From: a virus
Taxonomy: Duplodnaviria > Caudoviricetes
Length of the DNA stretch: 27,951 bases
IMG/VR virus record: IMGVR_UViG_3300030104_004081
Location: 1 to 27,951 of that record
Direction: 5' to 3' (one strand)
The notes under the pieces are model-generated. The model searched no databases. It was not told where the DNA came from and saw only the letters and a program-made list of their open reading frames with translations. Position numbers and translations under genes: made by a program. Positions 16,637-24,801 of this stretch are shown one piece after another (position 1 is the stretch's first letter; each line of letters begins with the position of its first letter).

Positions 16637-18270
16637 TTGCGATACCTGCGACCGGACCAGATCTCGACCGCCATCGGCAGTCCGTCTGTCCAGGTCGGTA
16701 GGTCCGTCATTGCCAAACGCAGTTCTTCAGTTGCCTCGTCGACCTCGCTGTCCTCGACCTCGAGGAGGAGCTCGTCGTGGGTATGGCCGACGACCGGCCA
16801 GTCGCGCTCAACCAGGTCGGCCATGGCAGCGCGCAGGATGCACGCGCCGACACCCTGGGTCGCGTTCTCAGCCAGGAGACCGCCATAGAGATTGATCCGC
16901 GGCCATTCACTCTCGCCGCGTTTGGGTTTCCACGTCGCCTTGATGGCTGAGAGCACATCAGGACGGTTCGGGTGATCCTCGTCGACATCGATGCGCGCGA
17001 ACGGATAAGCCAGCGGCCGGCCACTGGGCAGGAAACAATAGAGCGGCGTGCTGGGGTCGGTCGCCGGCTTGTAATACGTGAGACGTCCAACGCGCTGCTC
17101 GGATCCGGGATAGCGCACCGCATCCATGGCCGCGTTTTGCAGGTCATACCAGAACTCGACGGCCCAGGCGTTGTTGGCACGCCAAATCTCTTTCAGCCCT
17201 TCAGCTTCTTCATCCGGCATCGAGACCTGGTAGGCGCGCGCCATCGCCTGGAACGCTCGATAGCCGCCCTGGTATCCGAGCGCCAGAACAAGGACCTTGC
17301 CGATCGCGCGTTCGCTCTTTGTGACGTCGGCAGCCGGCTTTCCATACGCCTTGCCGTACTCCACTTTATATATGTCCGGCAGATCCGGGTCGGCGTCATT
17401 GGTGTTGAAGACGTCGAGCACTTCCCGGCCGCCATGACTATCCGTCAACCATGGCAGGATCCTGGCCTCGATGGCCGACCAGTCGCCACAGACAAACGTG
17501 TAGCCGTCTGGCGCCACGATCGAGGGACGTAGCATCGAGGCCAATGTGTCCATGACATTGTCGAGACCCCTGCCCTTGATGACGTCGTCGCGCACCTGGT
17601 CGGGATCCTGGGCGCAGCGGCGCGGAAAATTGTGGACCTGGAGACCGACGGAACTGAACCGCCCGGTCTGACCGGCGCCAGAAAACATATAAGCGCCCTG
17701 GACACGGCCGGCGTCACCGGACCGCGATACCATGGCATTGAACTTATGGACGCTCGAACGCCCGGCTTCGTCGATCAGGTTGATCACCTCGACGACATCG
17801 TCAGGCAGGATATCGGGGTCGGCCTCGACGAGCTCGAGGAGCTTCCGCCGCGCGTCACGATCGAGCGCCGTCTTCGACGTCTCTTCTCCCGTGCGCCGAT
17901 CCTTCTTCGTCACCGTCATTGCGTCCTGGATCCGATCGTCCTGATCCGCATAAGGCAGGAGCAAATCCTTCAAGCGTTGGTATTGCCGCGGCGACGTCAC
18001 CTCACCATCCGTCAAACGTGACAGTTCATCGCTGATCTGTGCCACTTCCTGTTCGGCGTAGTTGCCGGCGGCGTCGGCGAACTTGACGTCGACATGGAGA
18101 CCCGCGTCGTTGATCTTCTCGGCCGCAACGAACGAAGCGAATTCGGCATCGGTCAGCGGCTGCGATGCCTTGGCCGCCAGGCGTTCAACCTCGACGTCGC
18201 GTCGGCAGTAGGCATACATCTCCCGGAGGAGATCCTCGTCCATGCAAAAGTCAGGCATCACTGGGCACAC
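16633..18270 (-). CDS. Family A DNA polymerase, C-terminal part (ExoIII motif and polymerase domain)
   Basis: YCRRDVE (ExoIII), TGRFSS, motif A DWSAIEAR, motif B RAIGKVLVLALGY and motif C HTHDE. An alternative start is ATG 18258. Confidence 0.9.
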   Translation of the reverse strand: MCPVMPDFCMDEDLLREMYAYCRRDVEVERLAAKASQPLTDAEFASFVAAEKINDAGLHVDVKFADAAGNYAEQEVAQISDELSRLTDGEVTSPRQYQRLKDLLLPYADQDDRIQDAMTVTKKDRRTGEETSKTALDRDARRKLLELVEADPDILPDDVVEVINLIDEAGRSSVHKFNAMVSRSGDAGRVQGAYMFSGAGQTGRFSSVGLQVHNFPRRCAQDPDQVRDDVIKGRGLDNVMDTLASMLRPSIVAPDGYTFVCGDWSAIEARILPWLTDSHGGREVLDVFNTNDADPDLPDIYKVEYGKAYGKPAADVTKSERAIGKVLVLALGYQGGYRAFQAMARAYQVSMPDEEAEGLKEIWRANNAWAVEFWYDLQNAAMDAVRYPGSEQRVGRLTYYKPATDPSTPLYCFLPSGRPLAYPFARIDVDEDHPNRPDVLSAIKATWKPKRGESEWPRINLYGGLLAENATQGVGACILRAAMADLVERDWPVVGHTHDELLLEVEDSEVDEATEELRLAMTDLPTWTDGLPMAVEIWSGRRYRK

Positions 18271-18706
18271 CTTTCCGTGGGATGCAGAGAAGCTTGATCA
18301 GTTCCTTACCGCGGCGATCCTTCTTGACGTTGAGGTTAAGGCATGTGCCGAGGTCCTCGAGCGCACCAGGGAGACCCCGGGCGCGCGCCTGGGCGGCCGT
18401 GCAGTACCAGGTCTCCATCGGGGCCGAGGACGGCCAACCCAACATGGGACCTAAAACAAAATCCGTAATGAGGCGCTCGAATTGAGCGTTATGGGCGTGG
18501 ACCGACCTTGGACCGCCAGCACCCTGGAGGAAGCTCGCCATGTCCCAATCCATGGGCTCGCCCGGGATCCAGATCTTGATGTCGTCATCGTCGAACGCCC
18601 AGCCGCAACAGATGATCGAGGTCGTGTCTGACATGGCATAGCGATACGCCCCTTCAGTGAAGAGGTTGACGGCAGACCGGGTTTCGTAATCAATGTGTAA
18701 AATCAA
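18251..18706 (-). CDS. Family A DNA polymerase, N-terminal 3'-5' exonuclease part (ExoI/ExoII), in a different frame
   Basis: IDYETRS (ExoI), HAHNAQFER (ExoII) and GLP..L motif; TTG start directly after a GC hairpin. Confidence 0.85.
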   Translation of the reverse strand: MILHIDYETRSAVNLFTEGAYRYAMSDTTSIICCGWAFDDDDIKIWIPGEPMDWDMASFLQGAGGPRSVHAHNAQFERLITDFVLGPMLGWPSSAPMETWYCTAAQARARGLPGALEDLGTCLNLNVKKDRRGKELIKLLCIPRKGVPSDA

Positions 18707-18715
18707 TGGAAGCGA

Positions 18716-18738
18716 GGGGGTGCCTTTACGACACCCCC
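18716..18738 (-). terminator. GC hairpin between the putative SSB and polymerase genes (weak terminator or attenuator)
   Basis: Minus strand GGGGGTGTC-GTAAA-GGCACCCCC with a poor U tract. Confidence 0.4.
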
Positions 18739-18748
18739 ATCCCTTTCG

Positions 18749-19480
18749 TTACTTGACGCTACGGCGCCGGCGACGACGGGGTGCTTCAGCTTGAGGCTCG
18801 GGGGTGGGCTCGGTTGCCACTGGATCCACCTCCGGTGCTTCACTCGCCGCGATGGCGGGAGCGTACTTACTCTCGCTCAAGAGCTCGCGGTCCTTGTTCG
18901 ACCAGTCGACGACCTTGAACACCGGCTCGAAGATCGTGCGCTTGAACGAGTTGTGCTTATAGCTCCGGTGTAGGAGCTCGACGATCGGATACTCATAGTA
19001 GTTATCCGGGCGCCCCTGGACATCATTGAACAACTGCTCATAGGCTTTCTTCGCGCCGTTTGAGTTGTTCCTGTAGAGCACCTCGAGCCCGGCATCTTCG
19101 CCGGTCAGGCAGATCATCGGGATGCCGATCTGCTCTTTCCAGTCGCCGCCCATCTCGTCATAGCGGTGTGCTGGCTTGTGGGGCGGATTACGGAAGAGCC
19201 CCATGATCTCATCCATCTTCTTAGGTCCGCCGGCGACCTTCGGGTCGGCCCACCAGACCCAACCGGACTGGAGCATGTAAGGGTTGATGACCCAGAGCGA
19301 GTCCGGTTCGACCTCGATGTTCTCCTGGCCGTAGTTCCAGACGCCGCTGTCCCATTGCATTTTCAACAGCGTATCGCCGCCGTGTTCGGCAGCCGGGGCC
19401 GCAGAGCGGCTTTCAGCCATGGACTTGTTGAGGTCGTCGACAGACATGGTGTCCGAGTGAAATGTTGTTATCTGATTCAT
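18749..19480 (-). CDS. Putative single-stranded DNA-binding protein
   Basis: Syntenic between the Cas4-like nuclease and polymerase; aromatic beta-rich core (GVWNYGQE, GWVWW, PVFKVVDW) with an acidic linker and Arg-rich tail. Confidence 0.55.
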   Translation of the reverse strand: MNQITTFHSDTMSVDDLNKSMAESRSAAPAAEHGGDTLLKMQWDSGVWNYGQENIEVEPDSLWVINPYMLQSGWVWWADPKVAGGPKKMDEIMGLFRNPPHKPAHRYDEMGGDWKEQIGIPMICLTGEDAGLEVLYRNNSNGAKKAYEQLFNDVQGRPDNYYEYPIVELLHRSYKHNSFKRTIFEPVFKVVDWSNKDRELLSESKYAPAIAASEAPEVDPVATEPTPEPQAEAPRRRRRRSVK

Positions 19481-20631
19481 TTTATTGTCGTTCCTTCGTT
19501 GTCTTGCGGCAAGTTCATTGCGCCGCGGGGTTTGATAACGACAGCCGGACGAGGATCCGCCGCGGCCGCCAGTGTGCGTCCCGAACTCATCGAGACAATG
19601 TGCGTTGAGATGTCGGCCGTAGAGCCGGCCAGCTTCAACGCTTTCTCGGCTTTCGCCGGAGAAACCAATTTCTTTTCGAACGCCTGATCACCGAGCAGAT
19701 CGGTGAGCACGTTCTCCACCTCATTACCCGACCAGCGCCGGGTGCCACGCTTGTCGACCAGCTTGTAGCCGTCGACGTCGCGCCCCTTCTCGAGCTCGTC
19801 GAACGCCATCTTAAAGACGGCACGCGACCAGTCTTCGACCTGGTGCGCCATATCCAAAAGCGCGCCGAGCTCGTTCGACGGGATCTCGGGATCGATCGGA
19901 CCTCGGTTGATCAGTGCGGTAACCATGTCGGTCTTCGACGGACACGTCGCCTCGGCCCGGCAGAACTTGCACCAGGGCCCGGGTGTCGTCTCCATGTCGC
20001 CGGCGATCGCCTTACCGATGGCCGCCTTCATCTCGACGGTGAACGCCTCGAGCTCGTCATGGCTGACGATGCCGTGGGTCAGCGGCTGATCGACCGGCGG
20101 CTGAATAATCGCGATCACGATCTCACGTTCCGGCGTGAACAGCTTCTTGAACTCGGGCGTCTGGGTCGCCGCGGCGGCGTAGAATTTAAGTTGCATATTC
20201 TCCCGGCCGACGTCGACGACGATGCCGCGGCCGAACTTCCAGTCGATGACAAAGACAAACTTCTCCGACCAGACGATCAGGTCGACCGTGCCGAACGCGT
20301 CCATACCCTGGAACTTGACCTCAGCCTCACAAACGTAGTCGTAGTCCGTGACGTTATACTCACGCATCAGGTCATTGAGGAGCTCGAGCGCCGGCTCGAT
20401 GGCTTCTTGAATATCGTCCACCGTGAGACCCTCGATGTGATCGAGACATTCGATCTCGCTCATGCCCTTATCGAGGACGAGCTCCATGGCGTCGTGCTTG
20501 CGTGTGCCATCCTCGGCGTAAGGGCTCGAGGGCTGCGCCGGTGCGGCGAGCTCGAGTTGATACGAACCAATGCAGTTCATCCGGCGTTTCGCTGTGGAGC
20601 CGCCGATCAGGCTTGAGTGTTTAGCTGGCAT
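19477..20631 (-). CDS. DUF2800 Cas4-like PD-(D/E)XK exonuclease
   Basis: HS..GGS.AKR..C, AEDGT..H, FGTVD, VIDWKFGRG, QL.FYA and CKFC.....CP motifs. Confidence 0.88.
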   Translation of the reverse strand: MPAKHSSLIGGSTAKRRMNCIGSYQLELAAPAQPSSPYAEDGTRKHDAMELVLDKGMSEIECLDHIEGLTVDDIQEAIEPALELLNDLMREYNVTDYDYVCEAEVKFQGMDAFGTVDLIVWSEKFVFVIDWKFGRGIVVDVGRENMQLKFYAAAATQTPEFKKLFTPEREIVIAIIQPPVDQPLTHGIVSHDELEAFTVEMKAAIGKAIAGDMETTPGPWCKFCRAEATCPSKTDMVTALINRGPIDPEIPSNELGALLDMAHQVEDWSRAVFKMAFDELEKGRDVDGYKLVDKRGTRRWSGNEVENVLTDLLGDQAFEKKLVSPAKAEKALKLAGSTADISTHIVSMSSGRTLAAAADPRPAVVIKPRGAMNLPQDNEGTTIK

Positions 20632-22018
20632 GGTGCGTCTTCCTCTCGTCGAGTGCTTTGTTCAGCGTGAATGTTTTGTGCATGAGCGTTCGCGAAACCT
20701 GTTCGTCGAGGCTATTGGCCAGGTGCAGGAACCGGGCATGGACATTGTTGTGTTGGCCTTTGCGATGAACCCGGGCCACGGCCTGGGCATTGTTGGCCGG
20801 CACCCAGTCGGCCGAGACAAAGATCACGTCCGAGCATTTGCCATCGGCATGGAGAGTGATGGCCGTGCCGGCCGCGACGATCTGGCCGATGAACACGCGG
20901 ACGTCGTCGTCACCATGGAAGGCCTCGATGGCTTGTTGGCGACGGAGCGGCGTCACGTCGCCACGGATCACGACCGGGTTGAACTCATGCAACGCCTCAC
21001 GTAGCGACGTAATCGTGTCCTTATAGTTGGCGAAGATGACGACCTTCTGCATGGCACCGTCGGCGAGCTCGGCCTTTACGATCTCGATGCAGTCGCCGAC
21101 CTTGGCCATCTCGGTGACACGGCGCATGGTCGTGATGTGTTCATCATAGACGCCGGTGCCGCTGACGTCGCGGAGCAGCATCTCGATCTGTTCGCGGTAC
21201 TCGGCCTCGAGCTTGCGAACCTTCGATGCGGTCTTATCACCCATCACCTCATAGTCGTGGAACGTGACAGGTGGAAGGTCCTCGATGACGTCATGCTTGT
21301 GGATGCGCGAGACGTCGCCGCGCAGCCGAGCCCACAGTTGCCGCACCTCCGCATCACGGTTGCCGACAATCTTCAGACCGTAGGGCGTGTCGACGCATTT
21401 GCAGAACGCCCTCTTGAAATCGTCCAACGTGACACGTCCACCGGGCCGCAGCCCTGCCAGGAGGTCGGGGCGCGTCGCCCGGATCCAGGGGAAGAGCTCG
21501 GTGATGTTGTTCGGTGCCGGCGTACCCGATAGCGCCCAGGTTTGAAACGCGCGACCAAAGAGACCGTCGCGGCCGTAACCATTGCCGCCAAACACGGCCC
21601 GAGCTCGAGCCGACGTCGGCGTCTTCAGATACTGGAGTTCGTCCAGGATCAGGACGTCGAAGGTCAGCGCCATCAGACGTTCCCAGACAGCACGCTTCGC
21701 CGCCAGGTCATAACTACTTATAATTACGTCGGCATGATCGAACGTGTCGGTGCCTTTCTCGATGACGGCGATCTCGCGATCGCGCGCCTGGGACTTGGTG
21801 AATTCGTTGGCCAGGTTGCGGCGGTTGACAGCCGGCGTCAGCGCCAGGATCTGACCCGGCACAATCTTCTCGGCGACGTTCTTCTCATACGCCAGGTCGC
21901 AGCCGCGCACCGCGGCGTAGGTCTTGCCGGCGCCGGCATCCCAATAGAGAAGTCCTGCTTCGCGGTCGGAGAGGAAGCCGGCACCATCGACCTGGTGCGG
22001 CATGAGTTCGACGTTCAT
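20621..22018 (-). CDS. SNF2-like (superfamily 2) helicase
   Basis: PHQ Q-motif, GAGKT, ILDELQ, ALSGTPAPN and QAVARVHRKGQ motifs. Confidence 0.9.
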   Translation of the reverse strand: MNVELMPHQVDGAGFLSDREAGLLYWDAGAGKTYAAVRGCDLAYEKNVAEKIVPGQILALTPAVNRRNLANEFTKSQARDREIAVIEKGTDTFDHADVIISSYDLAAKRAVWERLMALTFDVLILDELQYLKTPTSARARAVFGGNGYGRDGLFGRAFQTWALSGTPAPNNITELFPWIRATRPDLLAGLRPGGRVTLDDFKRAFCKCVDTPYGLKIVGNRDAEVRQLWARLRGDVSRIHKHDVIEDLPPVTFHDYEVMGDKTASKVRKLEAEYREQIEMLLRDVSGTGVYDEHITTMRRVTEMAKVGDCIEIVKAELADGAMQKVVIFANYKDTITSLREALHEFNPVVIRGDVTPLRRQQAIEAFHGDDDVRVFIGQIVAAGTAITLHADGKCSDVIFVSADWVPANNAQAVARVHRKGQHNNVHARFLHLANSLDEQVSRTLMHKTFTLNKALDERKTHHAS

Positions 22019-22027
22019 CGTTGATCC

Positions 22028-22435
22028 TTACTTATCTATAAAGTCAAATGTCAGTTGTTGGTCGGTCACTTCCACGTTGTGGACAGTCGAAAGATTGAGC
22101 TCGAGTTGTTCATGGAACCTGGCCATCGGTCCTGGCCGGTCATCGATGCCGCGGTCGCGCGCTTCGAACCAGAAAAGAAACATCATCCCGACGGCAGCGT
22201 GCGCCAGGTGGTGAAGGCCACTGTCGTCGGCCGTCGTCTCGCCGTCCAACCAGGCGCGCAGGTGACGACGTGCGGCGTCGGAATAATCAGTCCACGGCCG
22301 GCCGCGCATCCAGTCCCAGTCGTCATACTTGTCGGCGCCGAACTCGCGCACCCGCACCATCTCGTCGACGAACTCATCAACGAGCAGCGAGTAGCGGAGC
22401 TTGCCTTCTGTTTCTTTAAGCGCCTGGAGGGTCAT
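22028..22435 (-). CDS. dATP/dGTP diphosphohydrolase domain protein (DUF5664)
   Basis: GK.RYSLL, FGADKY..W.W..G, AARRHL.AW..GE..D.SGLHHLAHA motifs. Confidence 0.85.
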   Translation of the reverse strand: MTLQALKETEGKLRYSLLVDEFVDEMVRVREFGADKYDDWDWMRGRPWTDYSDAARRHLRAWLDGETTADDSGLHHLAHAAVGMMFLFWFEARDRGIDDRPGPMARFHEQLELNLSTVHNVEVTDQQLTFDFIDK

Positions 22436-22625
22436 CGTGAGTGCCTTTCTTTACAGCGAGCACAGCGTGGGCCGAGTGATGGCATTGCAGAGATTTGATC
22501 CGCCAACCGTCATCGACGTAGCGATCGATGTCGTCATAGACGACGTATCGGACAGTCGTGACTGTCTCTTCAAAGGGTTCTTCAGTGTTTGACACGCCAG
22601 TCCGTCTCCAAATGGTATTGAGCAA
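22416..22625 (-). CDS. Hypothetical protein
   Basis: Fills the gap between neighbours in operon orientation; the true start is probably GTG near 22595. Confidence 0.5.
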   Translation of the reverse strand: MLNTIWRRTGVSNTEEPFEETVTTVRYVVYDDIDRYVDDGWRIKSLQCHHSAHAVLAVKKGTHDDPPGA

Positions 22626-23052
22626 TCAGCAACGCCTCGGCGCGGCCGTGATCTTTCTTACGTGAAAGCTGATCGGAGATCCGTGGCCATGTCTCGATAG
22701 CCTTCAGCCGGGACATCTCTTTATCGGATGACAATTTGAAGTACCGTTTCCAATGTGCCGGTGACACATATCGAATGGGGACCTCGAGCGCACCGAGTGC
22801 GCCCTCGATGACGCCAAGCGATCGACCGAATTTAAACGAGCTCGAGACACCTTGCTTGGGCATCGCGTGGACGTGCTCGACTGCGGCATAGGACGGCATC
22901 CAATCACGCAGCATGGCTCCGAGGATCGGTGCCGCGACGATTCGGCGCTTAGAAGTGCCGGCCGTCGGCATGTCCTGGACATCGAGGAACCCGTCGCCGA
23001 CCAAAGCCAGCGCGCCATCGAGCCCGGGGTCAATACCGACGATCTTCAGCAT
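22582..23052 (-). CDS. RuvC-like Holliday junction resolvase
   Basis: IVGIDPG, VEHVHAMPKQGVSSSFKFG, P..WK and DHGRAEALLIA motifs; start reassigned to MLKIVG at 23052. Confidence 0.85.
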   Translation of the reverse strand: MLKIVGIDPGLDGALALVGDGFLDVQDMPTAGTSKRRIVAAPILGAMLRDWMPSYAAVEHVHAMPKQGVSSSFKFGRSLGVIEGALGALEVPIRYVSPAHWKRYFKLSSDKEMSRLKAIETWPRISDQLSRKKDHGRAEALLIAQYHLETDWRVKH

Positions 23053-23234
23053 TCCATGAATTCCTTGGGCAGCCGCACGCCGGCCGTGTGCGCGAGAGTC
23101 GACACTTTCCAGCGATGCCGCCAGGGGATGCCGCGGCGGCGCCACTTCGAGACGTACTGAGTTGGCACGTGTAAGAAGTTCGCGACGCGACGCGTCCCGC
23201 CAAGCTGATCAATGAGGTCGGAGTGAATTTGCAT
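23046..23234 (-). CDS. Cro/YdaS-like small HTH regulator
   Basis: IDQLGG...VA..L.V....VSKW.RRGIP; first gene of the leftward operon; start reassigned to ATG 23234. Confidence 0.8.
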   Translation of the reverse strand: MQIHSDLIDQLGGTRRVANFLHVPTQYVSKWRRRGIPWRHRWKVSTLAHTAGVRLPKEFMEC

Positions 23235-23241
23235 AACCCTG

Positions 23242-23270
23242 AAAGTACCAAATTGGTGCGATGTAATCAA
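23242..23270 (-). promoter_or_regulatory. Leftward promoter with an operator between -35 and -10
   Basis: Minus strand TTGATT-17 bp-TACTTT containing operator GTACCAAATTGGTGC (23245-23259); the predicted +1 falls near the cro ATG. Confidence 0.65.
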
Positions 23271-23291
23271 ACATTTTCTGACGGCGAAAAA

Positions 23292-23306
23292 TTAATATTT
23301 GATTAA
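23292..23306. promoter_or_regulatory. CtrA-binding box
   Basis: Exact TTAA-N7-TTAA (TTAATATTTGATTAA) in the divergent control region. Confidence 0.55.
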
Positions 23307-23327
23307 GAAGATCCAAAATGGTACATC
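23299..23327 (+). promoter_or_regulatory. Rightward promoter with a degenerate operator
   Basis: TTGATT-17 bp-TACATC overlapped by GATCCAAAATGGTAC (23310-23324). Confidence 0.5.
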
Positions 23328-23369
23328 GATTGTCCTTAGAGAGGACACATTACACAAAGGGAGAAGAAA

Positions 23370-24053
23370 ATGCCGAACCGTTTTATTAGTGAAGGCCTCT
23401 TAGACCTGGTTGTCGATGTTTGGCCTAAGCTCAACGCGCGGTTTGCCATTATGCGCGCCGCCTATAGCAGGGGCTCAGTCAACCCGTTTGCGGTGGCCTT
23501 TGACAATATCAACATGAAGTACAAGATGGCGCGGCCTGTGATTCAATATCTTTGGGCATGTTCGACAGACAAGATCCCGGCTAACATTAGCGAGATGTGT
23601 CGGCAGCTAGATATCAAGTCGCGGTCGAACGCGAACGATATAATACGTGACTTTAAAGCTATAGGAGTTCTTGACGAAAACTTACAACCGACCGACGCGT
23701 ATCTTGCAATGTGTCGCCAGCGCATTCTGGCTGTACTGAACGAGCCTGTCGTCAAATCGTTCGTTCTCTCGGCATCGGCGTTCTATCTGATGCGACGCGT
23801 CGACTCTCTCGAAGATATGACAACTGAGGCGTGTTTATGGCAAGACGGCGTGCCTGACGCGATCAGTCAAAAGGACGTCGAGGCTCTTATTTCTTCGGGT
23901 TTTGGTCAGTATTTTGATCCATCGCGGTTTCCGGGCTCGGCATCTGTCGAGGTCCAAGGCGTTTCTGCAACATCAAAAGTTGGCAAGCCGGCCGTAGACC
24001 GACTACTCAAACGTGAAAATGTTGTACCTCTAAAGGACACCGCGTCTGCTTAA
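23370..24053 (+). CDS. Hypothetical protein with a probable winged-helix domain
   Basis: NISEMCRQLDIKSRSNANDIIRDFKAIGVL resembles a wHTH; AAGGGAG RBS. Confidence 0.6.
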   Translation: MPNRFISEGLLDLVVDVWPKLNARFAIMRAAYSRGSVNPFAVAFDNINMKYKMARPVIQYLWACSTDKIPANISEMCRQLDIKSRSNANDIIRDFKAIGVLDENLQPTDAYLAMCRQRILAVLNEPVVKSFVLSASAFYLMRRVDSLEDMTTEACLWQDGVPDAISQKDVEALISSGFGQYFDPSRFPGSASVEVQGVSATSKVGKPAVDRLLKRENVVPLKDTASA

Positions 24054-24098
24054 TTCAGGTAATCGCGAACCTTTCGAGAGCGGGGTATACTCTGATGC

Positions 24099-24374
24099 AT
24101 GATCGCAGAAGCAGTAATACACGACGAGTGGGTCGAGAACGTGGCGACGGATAAGTATCGCAGCGCGTTCAAAGCTCGCCTCGTCAAGGCACGGACCGAC
24201 GCCGGCTTCGAGACGGCGTCCGAGTTCGCCATGGCGCTTGGCATCGAGAAACCTCGATACCGGAAATATGAACGTGAAGATAAGGAAGGCGTCCTGCCTT
24301 CCTATGAAGTTCTGATCCAGATCAGCCTGGTCACAAAGCGCAGCCTGAACTGGCTCCTCACCGGAAAAGACTAA
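24099..24374 (+). CDS. XRE-family HTH repressor (cI-like, no peptidase domain)
   Basis: RLVKAR...G.....FA.ALGI....YRKYER...LP.......I......SLNWLLTG; TATACT -10 box lies 7 nt before the ATG. Confidence 0.85.
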   Translation: MIAEAVIHDEWVENVATDKYRSAFKARLVKARTDAGFETASEFAMALGIEKPRYRKYEREDKEGVLPSYEVLIQISLVTKRSLNWLLTGKD

Positions 24375-24389
24375 CCTTCTAATTTAGAC

Positions 24390-24442
24390 GCACCAAATTG
24401 GTGCTTGTTTTCTCCCGCCTTATGGCGTACCATCTTGGTACG
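24390..24442 (+). promoter_or_regulatory. Early operon promoter flanked by two palindromic operators
   Basis: TTGTTT-17 bp-TACCAT (24405-24433), with operators GCACCAAATTGGTGC (24390-24404) and CGTACCATCTTGGTACG (24426-24442). Confidence 0.7.
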
Positions 24443-24468
24443 ACATAAATTTATTAAGGGAGAAACGA

Positions 24469-24789
24469 ATGACAACAAACACCAAATCAGTCGACGACCT
24501 GCTCGAGATCCCGGACTTCCTGCGCCGGGACCCGACGCCTTCCGCTGCGCTGACGCGTGAGCCCAAGCGCAAGTGGATCATGCCCAAGAAATCGAAAGCC
24601 AAGTCCAAGCCCAAGCGTAAGACCAAGGCACCGCGGATCTCCGACGGTGACCGTTGGATCCTGCGCTCGATGGGTTGGACCGACAAAGTTCTGACGGCCA
24701 TGCCAAAGCAGGACATCGAGATGGTCTTGAATAAGCCGCGGCATATGCAGTCGGCCGACGAAGTCAATTACCTGAACAAAGACAACTAA
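24469..24789 (+). CDS. Early protein with an FtsZ C-terminal peptide-like motif and a Lys-rich linker
   Basis: DDLLEIPDFLRR at residues 9-20; AAGGGAG RBS. Confidence 0.7.
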   Translation: MTTNTKSVDDLLEIPDFLRRDPTPSAALTREPKRKWIMPKKSKAKSKPKRKTKAPRISDGDRWILRSMGWTDKVLTAMPKQDIEMVLNKPRHMQSADEVNYLNKDN

Positions 24790-24801
24790 GGAGAACTGAA
24801 C

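Noticed and set aside
16633-22435. Z-genome (2-aminoadenine) biosynthesis system
   Set aside because: No purZ in the window; DUF5664 and PolA alone are insufficient evidence.
23053-23145. N-terminal extension of the RuvC-like ORF
   Set aside because: It overlaps the cro-like gene; the resolvase motif begins at MLKIVGIDPG.
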